Shown here: piece after piece, positions 51,908 through 64,000 of the stretch | Layout of the letters: each line of letters opens with the position of its first letter | Numbering within the stretch: the stretch's first letter is position 1 | From: Spizellomyces punctatus DAOM BR117 | Lineage: Eukaryota | NCBI GenBank assembly: GCA_000182565.2 | Contig: KQ257456.1 | Strand: one strand, 5' to 3' | DNA length: 64,000 nucleotides | Notes under the pieces: model-generated | What the model was told of the DNA's origin: nothing | Seen by the model: the letters and a program-made list of their open reading frames with translations, nothing else | Database searches by the model: none | Made by a program: the position numbers and the translations under genes

Positions 51908-52166
51908 TTTGCGCAAATCCAAAAATCAACATCGTTAAGCAGGAAAGAAATTCGGCTACTTTTAAAACCAGGAGTCTTCCGATGAGGTGGCAGTGCAAGG
52001 CAAATATGCGGCCCCAATGAGGCTTGGCCCCGATCAGCCGTTATGTAAGCAAGGTTCCTTCGGCAGGTTGGCGCCAATTGCCGAAATTTATGCAAAGAAT
52101 ACAAATATCGCTAGATGGAGTCGTTTTAGCTAACGTTGGGATTACATTAATCATAACTTTTATGGA

Positions 52167-52261
52167 TGTCGGGACCCTTTGGTAAAAGCCCAAAAGTCCT
52201 TCCTACGCAAAATTGTCGGGACCCTTTATAAGTAGAGTCGAATAGTCCTACGCGAAATTGT
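52167..52261. repeat. Two-unit tandem repeat of about 46 bp with a variable core
   Basis: tgtcgggacccttt at 52167 and 52214; tcctacgc(a/g)aaattgt at 52201 and 52246. Confidence 0.75.
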
Positions 52262-52269
52262 ATTTGTCG

Positions 52270-54691
52270 TCATCTACCCTCTTCACCCTCGCTACCCTCC
52301 CTCTTTTTACCCCCAAAAAATGCCCTCACACCTTGACCCCACTTTCCAGCCCTAGGACCCCAGTCTCCCATTGCCCAAAAGTGGCGATCGGGAAATCGTG
52401 GTTTCTGGCTTTCCCTGTCCAGCTTTACAGGCCCCTCATCTGGGTTAAATCGCTGGTACATCTTGAGGTAACCGCGATAAGATGCTTCGTCCCCAAAGTC
52501 ATCTCCTTGAATTTTGTCATGACGGGGATCGTAATATGGAGATAAGGTCACATTTCCAACCGAGGGGAGTGACGTTGGGTGGGTTGGTGAAGGCTGGCAT
52601 TCCCCAGGCAGACCAGTCACAGCCGGTGAGAAATCTACCTTCACAGGGCTATGCACTCTACTGGTCCATAGTTGACTCCTCATCTCCAACAACCGACTCA
52701 CTGCTCTCTTAAAAGCAAACTGTTCCTCCGCCCCAGTGAAGATAGCTAAACCACTCAATCGGTCTTCACCTGCCTCCTTCATTCCCGTGCCTCGGCGGGT
52801 GGAACCCATCAAATCGCCCAGCATTTCCTTATGCATAAAGGCATCTGCGGTTTCCTCGTCAACAGGATCCTTCGTGGTAAGGAAAAGTGACTCTGGTGAG
52901 TGGTCCGCGGAGATTATAACTGTGACACCGTTTTCGTATGCCGCATCTATGAAGGTGATGAATCGCCTCGCTTCGTTCTTTTGGGCTAAGCCCATTCGCG
53001 GAACACTTTGCACAACAATGGTGTGGTAACGTTGACATATCAGAAGGTAGTCTGCTGGGCCCAGAGGCTATACAGAATCAAGAGTGTCAGATAGATGGAC
53101 TCTGTTTGGACAGTCCCTTAGACACACCTTTCCTTCCGATCCACATAATTCCTCAAATGTGTACAATGCCTTGCCATCTGCTGCCTTTGGCACTATGACC
53201 TCACGCCCGTACAGCGTGAGCTTGTCACGCTTTACTACTCAGACGAATTAGCCGTATGTCATTGAGCTAAAGAACAACGTAAATTACTAACTTTGTTGGC
53301 CATAGAAAAGATTCGACACTCGCTCAATAAATGCATCGACCTCGGCGGGATTGTCTAAACTTGTGCAATCATTAAAACTTGTTGGTGCGATGATCAAGTC
53401 TCGATATCGCCATACCGAAAGTAGGTGTCGTCCGTGCGGGGTGTGGGATGTTCTATTCTTGTTGGTTAGCATGGACTACGTGTGATTTATATGACCATTC
53501 CATAAACATACCTTTCAACATTTCTGATCTGTAATCCACTTTGCCTCTTAAATGCAAAATCTCGCATCTCTCCTTCAGTAGATCCACAAAAGGACTGTGA
53601 TACTCGCGGTGAAAACCACCCTTGTACAGGTCTGTTAACATTCATTGTAAGCGATAAAATCTGGAGGTATTCGCTTTATTGGAGTCTAACCTTCTGGAGC
53701 TCTGTTGGATGTGGCAACCATCACCGCTCCCAGTTTGAACATGTTCTTGAAGACTTGACGCATGACAGATGCCGTTGCTACGTCCGTAATTTGGAATTCA
53801 TCAAAGCACAAAAGCCACGAATCGCGGAATAAATCGCGAGCAACAAGCTCGGTGACATGGAGGTTGTTTGGACGAGACCGCTTGCTATTCGAGGATTCAC
53901 TCAGATTACATTTTCATCGCCCCCGCCTCGCGTAAACGGTCACTTACTTCCACTCATGAATACGGGCAAAGGCTGACACCGTAAAGGCATTAAAATGCAC
54001 TCGTTTTTTTCTTTGTATAGGTACCGACTCATAGAAGAGGTCCATTGCCATGGTCTTTCCCGTGCTGATGATTGAGGAATTGATATTCACTCGACGGGTA
54101 TGAATAACTACCTGCGCAAAACTAACCCAACCTCCCCATGTATCCATAGTCCTTTGGGTCCGTGTACCTCCTCTTCGTCAGCTAAGCGCACCACATCCCG
54201 GCTCTCATCATTAGGCGTTACGATGGCAGATCTGGCAAGAAGCGTGACTGGTGACTATGATTTGAATTAGTTTTCTTTTGAAAATCATTAAACGAGATCT
54301 TCACATTCTAACCTGCTCACTCAGGTCTGAAAGTTCGGGTGGTTCATAATCAAGGAGATCCTCACAAAGTCGTTGAAGCTGCCTCCAAGAAATAAGTCGT
54401 CCATAACCGTTCTCACTTCACCAGGCAACTTACACACCTCAACAATTGTACGCATCTGGTCTTCATCTGGACGTAGTCGCTTTTCGGAGACCAGGCGAAA
54501 ATATTCGGAAAGGGGTCCTTTTACAATTTCAGAACCTTATTATGCTATTGAAATAACGAAGATTACAATTGGAACATACCTATCTGTCTAAGGCCCGATT
54601 CCGTTGTCAATGACTTCCTCACGTTTAACCAGCCTACTGATATGACTGGGCGACGATGCCATAGCGGCCGTCGCAGGCTGCAGATGCGCAT
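52270..54691 (-). CDS. AFG1: AFG1/LACE1-like mitochondrial ATPase (multi-exon)
   Basis: Arg-rich presequence MRICSLRRPLWHRR; GPKGLWIHGEVG|TGKTMAMDLFY, LCFDEFQITDVATA, ATSNRAP, NEARRFITFIDAAYE, FAFKRAVSRLLEM. Confidence 0.92.
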
Positions 54692-54967
54692 CTTTGACCT
54701 TTCGACATGCACTTGTCAAAGATGGTTCCCAAAATGGATGCCTGCAAGCGGGAATTGGTTGACATGGAACGAACGGTAAGGTGGAGGACACGGTTGAAAA
54801 GGGCAAGAGCATAACGAGGTTATTGAAAATGGCACTAAGACCCACTATTATCCGGATAATCCGGTTAATCATATCGCATAATCAGCACCCCCTCTATTGC
54901 TCAAAGCGGTGAGGCATGCTAATATAATGTTTTTTTTTAAACTGCGGTGAGGCGCATGCCAAAGGTC

Positions 54968-55496
54968 TATAAAAGGGGACCTTCTGTCTCTTCCCTCTTT
55001 CCTCTTTACCCATCCTTGACTCTCAAAGCATCTGCGCAAATGCTCATCATGACTCAGTCCAAATGAGAATGCAGATGTGGTGGTGGCGAGGACCTCATCC
55101 ACCCGACAGCAACAGCGATCAGAGCCAGCAGCAACCAATTGGATCCATTAACAAAACTGCTATTATGCTGCCACATTTGTTGAGCTTGGTTGGTATGTAC
55201 TGATGGCATTTTGTTACTCTGTCATCGGGTCATCTTCTGACATGCAGTTTTCTAGTCTCCAAGACTTCATTACTGAAGATCCTCCAGCTTGCAAGTCTCC
55301 TCAATGTTGCGAAGACTCTGGCTTCAATGCCATCAAGAGTTCTGGATCAAGGCCTAGTAGGGACCGTGTGTGGTGGTGGGCAATTATCTGGTTAGAACAA
55401 CCGTTCGTATTGCATGTGTAATTGTCTATTAGTAGTTAGTTAGCTTTTCCGAACCGGTTGTCGCCGGTTTATTCCCTGGTGTAGTAGCTAGTGCCA
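54968..55496 (+). ncRNA. Structured element, copy B (paralogue of 26529-26986)
   Basis: Same ordered conserved blocks as copy A; TATA at 54968; covarying stems; GT-AG intron at 55193-55247 or 55193-55255. Confidence 0.55.
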
Positions 55497-55840
55497 GTTT
55501 CTGTCACCTCAACACTAACGAGGTTGCCGGTCACGCGGTCCGTGCAGCAAGTGGGACGATATTACAGATATGAAATTATTGAAATTACATGGCTCGCCCG
55601 TATCCACCATAAAAGCTTCTTTACAATGATTGTCTCGTTTCCCTATGCGATTTGTTGTTCGCCATTTTTCAACAAAGACCCAGATTCAAACCCCTTTACG
55701 TACCCAACGGCCTTACGAACCACCTTAAATCTCCAGCCTGGTCCTCCTTGGTCAAGCCGCATTAACCACGCCCTCGCTGACTTACTGCTGCGAGTTACCG
55801 GTGGATGTCACCTTAACACCAAACCCACGCACCTTTTCTA

Positions 55841-57440
55841 ATGACTCTCCCAGTGGCCGGCGAGAGTAGCACAGGAAAATCTGACATCTTGGATGCTTTA
55901 CTTAAGAATCCATGATGGCTCTATCAAGGGAAGGAGTGAAGGAATGTTGAGAAGGGATAGGTAAGGATTTTTCGTTCAAGTTTCCACTTTAATGACTTGC
56001 CATTGGATGAAGAGGAGTTTAACATTGCAATGGCCAACGTCTCAGTGCGACTCAAAACGATCGCTGGCTACGATAAGAATACAAAGTTGACAAGGGTTTC
56101 CACAGTTAGTATCCCAGCGGTTTGTTCCGTCTCGACGGTGCGAACCAGGTTCCCCTCACCGACATGGTTCGAGGGCATCCCACTTGAAAGAACTCAAGTA
56201 TTTGATTGCCAAGAACCTGAGTGCCGAGTCCAGGCTGCACATCAAATATGAGGCAGCTGCATATACGGCATGGAGAGCTCTCGCGCAGCTGGAGGAGGAG
56301 CATACTACGATCACGTCATAGTTGAAGCGAGCAGATATCCAGGTAGAACGTAGTAAAACAATCAACGAATGATGAAACTCTTTGTTGAACGGGATTTGCC
56401 AATTGTCGATCAGGACATGACCAAAGCGACAACAAAAATCAATCAGTATTTCCAGTGGTTGAAGTTTTCGAAGCTTTTCTGGAAAAGCAGTGATGTTGCT
56501 TCGGATCTTCGCGAGAATTATAGTAATGATTTGCTACAAGAGACTGAGCTACGGGTAACTTTTGTAATTGTCATACGTGCCGCGTTTTTTTGTCCTCCCG
56601 ACTAATAGCTTACTTGTCTGATAGATGGCATACTCTTTGGGTCGGTTGCATGAAGATACGCACCATCTGTATTTGGCAATTCGCGCTACCTTATTGGCAT
56701 TTGCTTCATCAACAGACCTCTCACATAAAACCATCACACCTGAATTTCAAGAAGAAGTAAAACATGCCACAGAGAAACTAGACTGTGAAATCGATGACAT
56801 TGAGCAGGAGTTCGATCCGTACATGCTTAGTAATGTCGTCTGGAATAAGCGTGCTGATCCTGATTTTGGGACTAAGACTAATGAGCTGCAGCGGAAAGCG
56901 GAGATCCTGCGCATTCAAACTTTGGGATTCGAGGTCATGACGTTGCATTTGTTATGCAGGGGCGTGTGTCCTTAGTAAGTTACTTGTAACAGGCCGTAGC
57001 GGCTAGCATAGGAGTTATGCTTGCGCAGTATTTGTCGGTGCTTGAAATTCCAGCTCATTATTATTTGGGGCACTTGGTCTATATTAGATTAGCTACTGCT
57101 TGAGGTTATTTTAATTTAAAAGATATCCAGGAAGTCGGCTTATCGATCTATATGCAGGCCTAGGATGGATGCAGAATGCGGTGGGGCTCGTTCAAGGATG
57201 ATTTCGTGAAACGGAATTTTAGAGTGCAAGAGGATCTGAAAAAATGTCTTCAGATTAGCTAGATAAATGGTCGAATAAGAGTCCTACTCTGGGGAATTAA
57301 CTTATTTTACTTTATCATGAGGCCTTATACGAAATAGAAGCTAGTAGCAAGCAAGCCAAAGTAGCCACATTGATGGATGCTTTGGATACTTATCTGGAGG
57401 GCAAGGTGCGCGAACTGAATTCAAAAAAGGTCATATTTGA
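55841..57440 (+). pseudogene. Disrupted gene resembling fungal mitochondrial Mmc1-like/P-loop protein
   Basis: GESSTGKS P-loop followed by TGA at 55913; in-frame TAG at 56319; WLKFSKLFWKSSDV...ETELR|MAYSLGRL resembles the Mmc1 C-terminal region; frameshift near 57170. Confidence 0.55.
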
Positions 57441-58423
57441 CGAGGTTTGGAGAGAGCTTGCAGATGTAGAGGGTGCAGCGCGGGAAGAATACAACGATAC
57501 GCAAAACGACTGAGAGCAGTTGGCATGATGAAAAGTTGTAAGCACAGCTCTCTTGTAAAAATTCCTAGATCTGCTTGGTACCGAACGCTTTCTCTTATTG
57601 CTATCCTCTCGTCGACCTGTATCACCTTCTCCTCCTTAGTTTGCTAGAAATTCTGAAACTGGCGAGTTCTCTGTAAGGGTGGACCATGTTCACTATTCAG
57701 CAATTATTCGTGTCGATTTACATTAGGGCTGTCGTAAAAGTTCCAAGTTTGCAATTTGCGATTTTTGTTCTTTGTGGTAGACTATAGCAAATGGCCGTGA
57801 CGGTTCATGGAAAAAGAGAACGCTCTCATAAAATACCCATTCATGCTTTCATTCTTCTCTATCCTGTTTGCCGGTGATGTGCATGAATCTTGTTGCAAAT
57901 TTGGTATTCATCTCGTAAGATGTTGGGTATCAATATGAAATTACAAGATCAAGTGTCATCTCGAATTTATGGTGCCATTATAGTGATGCTCTCGATTTAC
58001 TGCAGTAATAACCTTAACCATAGACGATAAATATTGCTACAGTCGCACCTGGTTAATATCCCACCTTGGTTAATATCCCGGTCCAGACTCTCTCAAAGGT
58101 CCCCCCCTGCTCGGACATCTATTTTGCGCTTTTGTAAGATTTGTAACGATAGAAAATTCGCCCCTCGAGAGAGCCCGACCAATAACCGAGAACCAACTTT
58201 CCAGATTCCCATTCCTTACACTGCCGAGTCGACCCTTCCTCTTCAACTGTGATAACGTGCTTTTGCCTCATCTCTGATTTAGATCCTCGAGCGATGCAGG
58301 AATTCCCGTTACTAAGATGTATGCATGTCCATTCCGGCAACGGCAAAGGATTCATGTTACAATTTTCTGGGCTTCAAATATGGATGTCTGTGTCGCTAAT
58401 GTAAGGTTTAATGTAGTGCAGAC

Positions 58424-60356
58424 ATGGCGTGTAGCAAGGCCAGCAACTGCGGGGTTAATTGGGCTCCACGTTTAATATTGCAACGTTGCTCCAGCACAAC
58501 AACGAGCTCTCAGAAACCCAAAAGATCACGGTTGCGAACAGCTAAAAGGATTTTGTATGCAGTGCGCGCCTCTCTGTTGCTGTTGGGTCAGTACGTGAGT
58601 ATTTCCGTGGGCATAAAGGAATGATGTATCGCTGCTCCTGAGCATAACGGATGCCATTTATGCTATCAGTTCCGGTCATGAATACGAAATTATCGTGTTC
58701 GACGTATCGTTGTCATTGACATCTCAATATAATGCACAGAAATTTATCAAAGCCACCACCCTTCTGAGCAGGCAGAATTTGATCCATCGAAAAAGACCCT
58801 TATTATTCTTGACTGCGGATGGGGTGCAACATCTCTCTTCAAAGCCCTCAATTGCCAAGAATACAACGTCCTTATGACAATCTTGTTATTGGTGTGTGTG
58901 CTGAAAACCAAACCTTTGGCATCAAAGGTGTTTATGAATATGCTTGCTTCCTAAAAGAGATTTGGAACGCTCAAAAAATCCGTACTCGACTTATGGACTG
59001 TGTTGAGACAGCTGCATTCGCTAATCAAGATCCAAAAGAGATAGAGCGACTGCTGCATATGGTTGTTGTCAGTGGCGGTCCCACGGGTGTCGAGTATGCT
59101 GCTGAACTTCATGACTTCTTGGTAGAAGATCTCAAAACATGGAACCCCGATATTGCCGACAAATTCACGATCACACTGGTGGAAGCGTTGCCAAATGTAT
59201 TACCAATGTTCTCGAAGCAGCTCATCAATTACACTGGAACAACATTCAAAGATTAAAGGATTGGCGTTCTGACCAAGACTCTAGTCAAGGTAGTCCAAGA
59301 AGTATTATTTTTTACATCAGCAATGTGTTCGAAAGATGAATCAACTAATGGATAATTTATTGATCTTCAAACCTTTCTACGGATGTCACAGCAAGAAATT
59401 GTACTTGAAGACGAGAACAAAGAGATAAAACCTCCTCCGTACGGTAAATGTTCTAAGCAGCATAAAACAACTGAACTTATCTTCCTGTGGCTAATTGTCA
59501 TTAACTTAAAGGTCTTCTGGTCTGGGCTACGGGCAACAAATCACGACCATTAGCGCGCAAGTTGATGGAAAAGCTTCCAGATAAACAGACGCAAAAGTAC
59601 ATTGACATTACTCATTGATATTTGATTGACACTTGATGTATAATATGCTATGGCTGCTCACAAATTCTGGATTTATTCAGGCGCGGGTTACTGGTAGACG
59701 ACCACCTTCGCCTCTTGGGCACTGATGGTATCTACGCAGTTGGCGATGCCACGGCCACGAAATATGCTCCCACTGCACAAGTTGCGGCACAGCAAGGGAA
59801 ATACCTAGCTAGTGTTTTTGCTGCTCTTGCTCCTCAGGAAGCCGCCAATAAAGCTCACAGCAATTCGAATGCGGACGACAACAAGAAAAGCTCTTCTCAG
59901 CAACCTAAACTTACAAACCGTTCCACTACTCGCACCAAGGATCTTTAGCGTATGTATTGTTACATTATGTCTTGGTTCAATGATCTATAATTATGCACAC
60001 ATTAATGCACGGAAATTCAGGTATATTGGTTCCGACAAGGCAATCGCTGATTTGCCATTCTTGAACGGCAACATATCTGTTGGTGGTGTTGCAACTTCCT
60101 ATTTTGGCGGTCTGCCTACATCTTTAACGTTAGTTCCACATTCGCTTTCCGTTGGTCGTGCTAAGCTATGGCCAATGCTGACTTGATCTTTCTTCTGATT
60201 TCCCGTTATTCTCCATCCGTAACAAATCACTGGTTATTAATGACTGGATAAAGAAGACAATTTTCAGTGAGGCTTCAAACATACGTTGCATGAATAATTG
60301 ATGATGCTAATTTTATCATTCATATTACGACAGGCCGAGATATCAGCAGAAAGTAG
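58424..60356 (+). pseudogene. Type II (external) NADH dehydrogenase pseudogene
   Basis: PYDNLVIGV, GGPTGVEYAAELHD, VEALPNVLPMF, APTAQVAAQQG, GRDISR. In-frame TAA at 59254; frameshifts before PFHYSHQGSLA and FWRSAY; first Rossmann motif missing. Confidence 0.85.
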
Positions 60357-61137
60357 ATTAACGGCACAGGATATTGCGATGTTGTCAATAAATTAAAGTA
60401 AGCCTTTCATTATTTAATTTTATCATCGCGTAGCATCCCAGTAGTACGGGCTTTGGCCAAATGGCTATTATGAAAGGAAGTATTGTTGCCGCTAATGTCC
60501 TTCGTAATCCCGGTATTTACTTCGACCTAGAACCATTCGACGCGAGTGTTGTAAGTAGAGACTTGACAAGACTGTATAGGGGCCGGTCTTGGTGTAGTCG
60601 CAAAATCGCGGAGGAAAACCTGTATAAAGCTGTGAGGTAATGTTCACGGCCTTTATCGATGCGAGCATTATCCCATAGCCCGTGTTCCACGAGTGCTGAT
60701 CTATGGTGGACAAGCTCGCATTATGACCAATTTCAAAGCAAATGACAAGAGCGCATGTGCAGTACGCTGTCGGCCTCTAATCCTTGCGGCTTGGTGTCCT
60801 AGCCTCGATTCATAGTGATGGCCGAATATAGTTCTGCGCCATCAAAAAGCTTTGAGCACTAACTCTGATGCGAATTTGGTTGCGTAGTCATATGTCAGTT
60901 TACAATAGGCTGAAAAAAAAAAGTCTCGGTTTTTGGCATTTTGCTGTCCTGAGCTCTATCAAGTTGGCATGACATCTGCTGAAGAATTGGCAGGCTAATT
61001 GATCTGTTACCTCGTAATCTTGGGTCGCTGCTGGATTAGTCACTTAAAGCCTTCTCCGGGCGGATAACTAGCGGACAACGTGATAAAACGAGATCCCAAT
61101 TCAGCTTCCTTGTTCAGCTGATTTCAAGACAGTGAAA

Positions 61138-62703
61138 ATGAAATTCAACCTAAATCTCCTTCGACTTCTATCTCGCATGTTGCCGTTTGGCATGATCGCG
61201 GATAAAATTGACAAGCCCACGGCCATTGCCCCGCCCGTTGGCAAATGTCCTCTACCCCTCCCCATCGTACCTCTCGGGCCGTACAATTTATCCTCGGCAC
61301 CCTGGACAGCGATTCTACAACAGCTGAATTTACATCTTCAGAAAGCTGAAATGCCTACATCTCATTCCGTTATTGCATTGCACGGAAATCAGATCCTCTT
61401 CACGTCGGGCGATTTGAATGCGCACTTTCGCCTTGGCTCGATAACCAAAATCTTCACGGGAATGGGTGCATTGATTCTACGCGAGCAAGGAACTCTCTCA
61501 TTAGACGATGCAGTAATAAAATATCTTCCCGAATTCTCGATACAGAATCCTTATGCTGAAAACTATTATAATAATGATATTACCCTCCGACAATTAATGG
61601 CCCACACTTCTGGCCTACCGCGTGAGGCATGTCCACTAATATTTTGTGGAAATGACGAAGCTGAAGTATTGAAGGGGATCAGTGAGATGAAGCTAGTCGT
61701 ACCGCCGTGGAGCTCAGTACCAGCATACTCGAATTTAGGATACGCTTTGTTGGGACATGCTTGGGAAAAACTCACAGGGACCTCGTGGTCTGAATGGTTA
61801 GGAAAGGAAGTATTGATACCGCTTGGAATGGAACGTTCCGGGATGGATATCGAAGCAGTAAAAGACCTGGCTCCGACATCACCAGATGGTGAATTGATAA
61901 AAGGATTATCACTTCAATGGGTAGCTCCGGCTGGTGATATGTAAGTATTCTTGCGCCTTCCCTTGTTTCGATGACTATATGTGTGGATTCATATAAATTT
62001 GGATTTGAGGTATTCGACAGCTATTGATCTCTCAAAGTTTCTCTCTTTAATTCTCAATGGTACACCATCTGGCTTACCTATTCTCCAAGAAGCCACTATC
62101 GCGGAATGGACCCGGCCTGTTACTCTCCTTCCTGACAGTCGCACGGGGTTTGCTCTCGGTTGGGAACTTATTGGGATACCTAACACCCCATATATGCTGA
62201 TCACTAAATCGGGCTTATGGGGTCACAAATCGCACATTGCCTTTCACCCTCCCACCAATATCGGGGTCATTCTACTTGCAGGCGATACGGCCATCGATCT
62301 CATCAGCCTTGGATCAAACTTTTTCTCAACATTGATTCCTATTGTGGAAAACATACACACAACTGCAGTCCGCAATCTCTATGCTGGCACTTATGTATGT
62401 CCATCTGTCGGTAGTATTACGGTAGACGCAATCCCAGGTTCTGGCCTCTTCTTTGCCCAGGACAGAGGAACAGTGACGGCTTACGCGAATCTTCTCCCAA
62501 AGAACACGACGGAAAATAGTTTTTGGGTCTCGTTTGTCACAGCTGCAGACTGTCTTGCGGTTGCGTGGCAAATTTCTTCATTCCCACACTCTGATGGTGA
62601 ACCCGATGGCCTCGAAGTCTTCTTTGAATTTCAAAAAGCTGGATCACCGACCCTATTCCATTGGCCAAGTAACAATCTCACGTGTATCAAAGACAAGAGT
62701 TAG
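61138..62703 (+). CDS. Beta-lactamase/penicillin-binding-fold serine hydrolase, possibly secreted
   Basis: FRLGSITK (SxxK), ITLRQLMAHTSGL, YSNLGY (YxN), PLGM, PAGDM|YST, KSG; one intron at about 61941-62009. Confidence 0.88.
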
Positions 62704-63458
62704 GGACATCTGGTCATACCCCACGATATTAGAATCAACATAGCCCATTTGTGGCAACGAGCATAAATTAAGTCACAAGAGATCGACGTCAAATACAACA
62801 AATGTTATTTTGTATCTCGTACTCTTCACTGTATTTCGGCCGTATCAGGTATAATTGTGATTTTTACGCAATCGGCACCAGGACACTCACAGTAATTGAA
62901 TTTCACAGTCAAAGCAACTGATGAATATATTTCCTTTCTATGACTTTTTCAGTTGCATAGAGTGATCCATCTAAACGTGTGCAGCAAATGGAACTGAATA
63001 GTATTAGTACTTCAGTTCTTACCGTTATAGTTGCTTATGTGAAAACAGCAATCCGACAACTGAAGTTCGTTATAAAGGAGGCGTGAAGTTGTTGCTCTCT
63101 ATCCAAACGGTATCTTCTGGCTACGGCTTTATTAGCTGTCTCGCGAAAATAATACATTTTCACTAGTCCAACGCACGAGAAGAATTTATAGCTAATCGAG
63201 CGAGTAGTAAAGTCTACGTAAACCATCACAAATATCATCCATTCATTGTGCTGCCGATGCCAGCTAGCGTTTATCTGCAAGGTGAAGTCAACATTTGTCC
63301 TGTCTTTCTACAAGATACCTAACGACTCAACATAAATCAAAGGTGATGCATCATACTCGACATAGGAGCAGTCTTCGTATTCAGACTGCCTCCAATTTGT
63401 CGGCTATCGAGCGGACCATTGCATTACAACTCTTGCCTTTGCATGTTCCCGCTTGAAA

Positions 63459-63468
63459 GTCACGTGAC
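63459..63468. promoter_or_regulatory. Palindromic E-box GTCACGTGAC (bHLH-ZIP/Cbf1-type site)
   Basis: Perfect 10-bp palindrome about 95 bp upstream of the ATG at 63564. Confidence 0.4.
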
Positions 63469-63563
63469 ACGACGCAGGAAATCCGCTTGCACTCTACGTA
63501 CGCATCTTTAGCTTTTCAGCTGCATAGCTTTGACCTTGTTTTGAGAACAACCAGAGTCTAGCA

Positions 63564-64000
63564 ATGCGCATCATTTCACTACAGCCGAGCGGAGACCTGA
63601 CTCTTTCCACTGACGCGATCAAGCCTTCACCACGACCAAACCACATACTTGTACGCGTCAAAGCCTTTGCAGTGAACCGGCAAGATTTGAAAACAGGACC
63701 AAGCGTGAAAGACGCGGGCGTTGAATGCGTTGGGAGCGTGGAAGATACCGGTGGTGTGAAGGGCCTTCGAGTGGGTGCAACAGTGGCCGTTCTTAGCTTT
63801 GGAGAAGGCGGTCTATGGAAAGAGTGAGTACGATGGCAGCGAGAATTTGCCGCATTGCTGTGCTTAAAGCGCCTGTATAGCAACTCTGCCGTCTTTCATG
63901 ATGTGGAATTTACTTTTGCTTGGGAAGAGGACAGTGCATGGTACGGTGCTAACCTAATTCTGTTGCAGTTATTGCCTTGTCCCCGCAAAATGTGTCATCC
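63564..64000 (+). CDS. Medium-chain dehydrogenase/quinone-oxidoreductase-like protein (partial; runs off the window)
   Basis: KPSPRPNHILVRVKAFAVNRQDL...GVECVGSVE...LRVGATVAVLSFGEGGLWKE, a GroES-like domain, followed by introns. Confidence 0.75.

Noticed and set aside
52167-52261. CRISPR array
   Set aside because: Only two units, partial repeats, a eukaryotic context and no cas genes.
61138-62703. Recent bacterial horizontal transfer or antibiotic-resistance gene
   Set aside because: It has a spliceosomal intron, and beta-lactamase-fold hydrolases are common in fungi; the sequence alone gives no support.

Overview
Gene-dense eukaryotic DNA with many short GT-AG introns of about 50-90 nt. It is most consistent with a zoosporic (chytrid-like) fungus, because fungal housekeeping genes sit beside centrin/cilia-type genes and a PA28 homologue. 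About 22 protein-coding genes are supported: centrin-like, IQ protein, RGS protein, telobox Myb protein, C2H2 TF, NAD kinase, PB1 protein, zinc-knuckle/WD40, GPI12, PA28, MRC1, arginase, MoCF/CinA-like, YHM2, WD40/HEAT, LRR, LOR, AFG1, beta-lactamase-like, a partial MDR and two orphans. Two adjacent pseudogenes are also present. The main findings are: (1) two diverged copies, 28 kb apart, of an unannotated TATA-led, intron-containing element whose stems show compensatory base changes (about 26529-26986 and 54968-55496); (2) a telomere-repeat-binding-type Myb gene carrying (CCCTAA)3 just upstream of its own start codon; (3) a PA28 homologue with an altered activation loop and C-terminal tail. 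Exon boundaries were inferred by eye and family calls come from motif recognition, not database searches.
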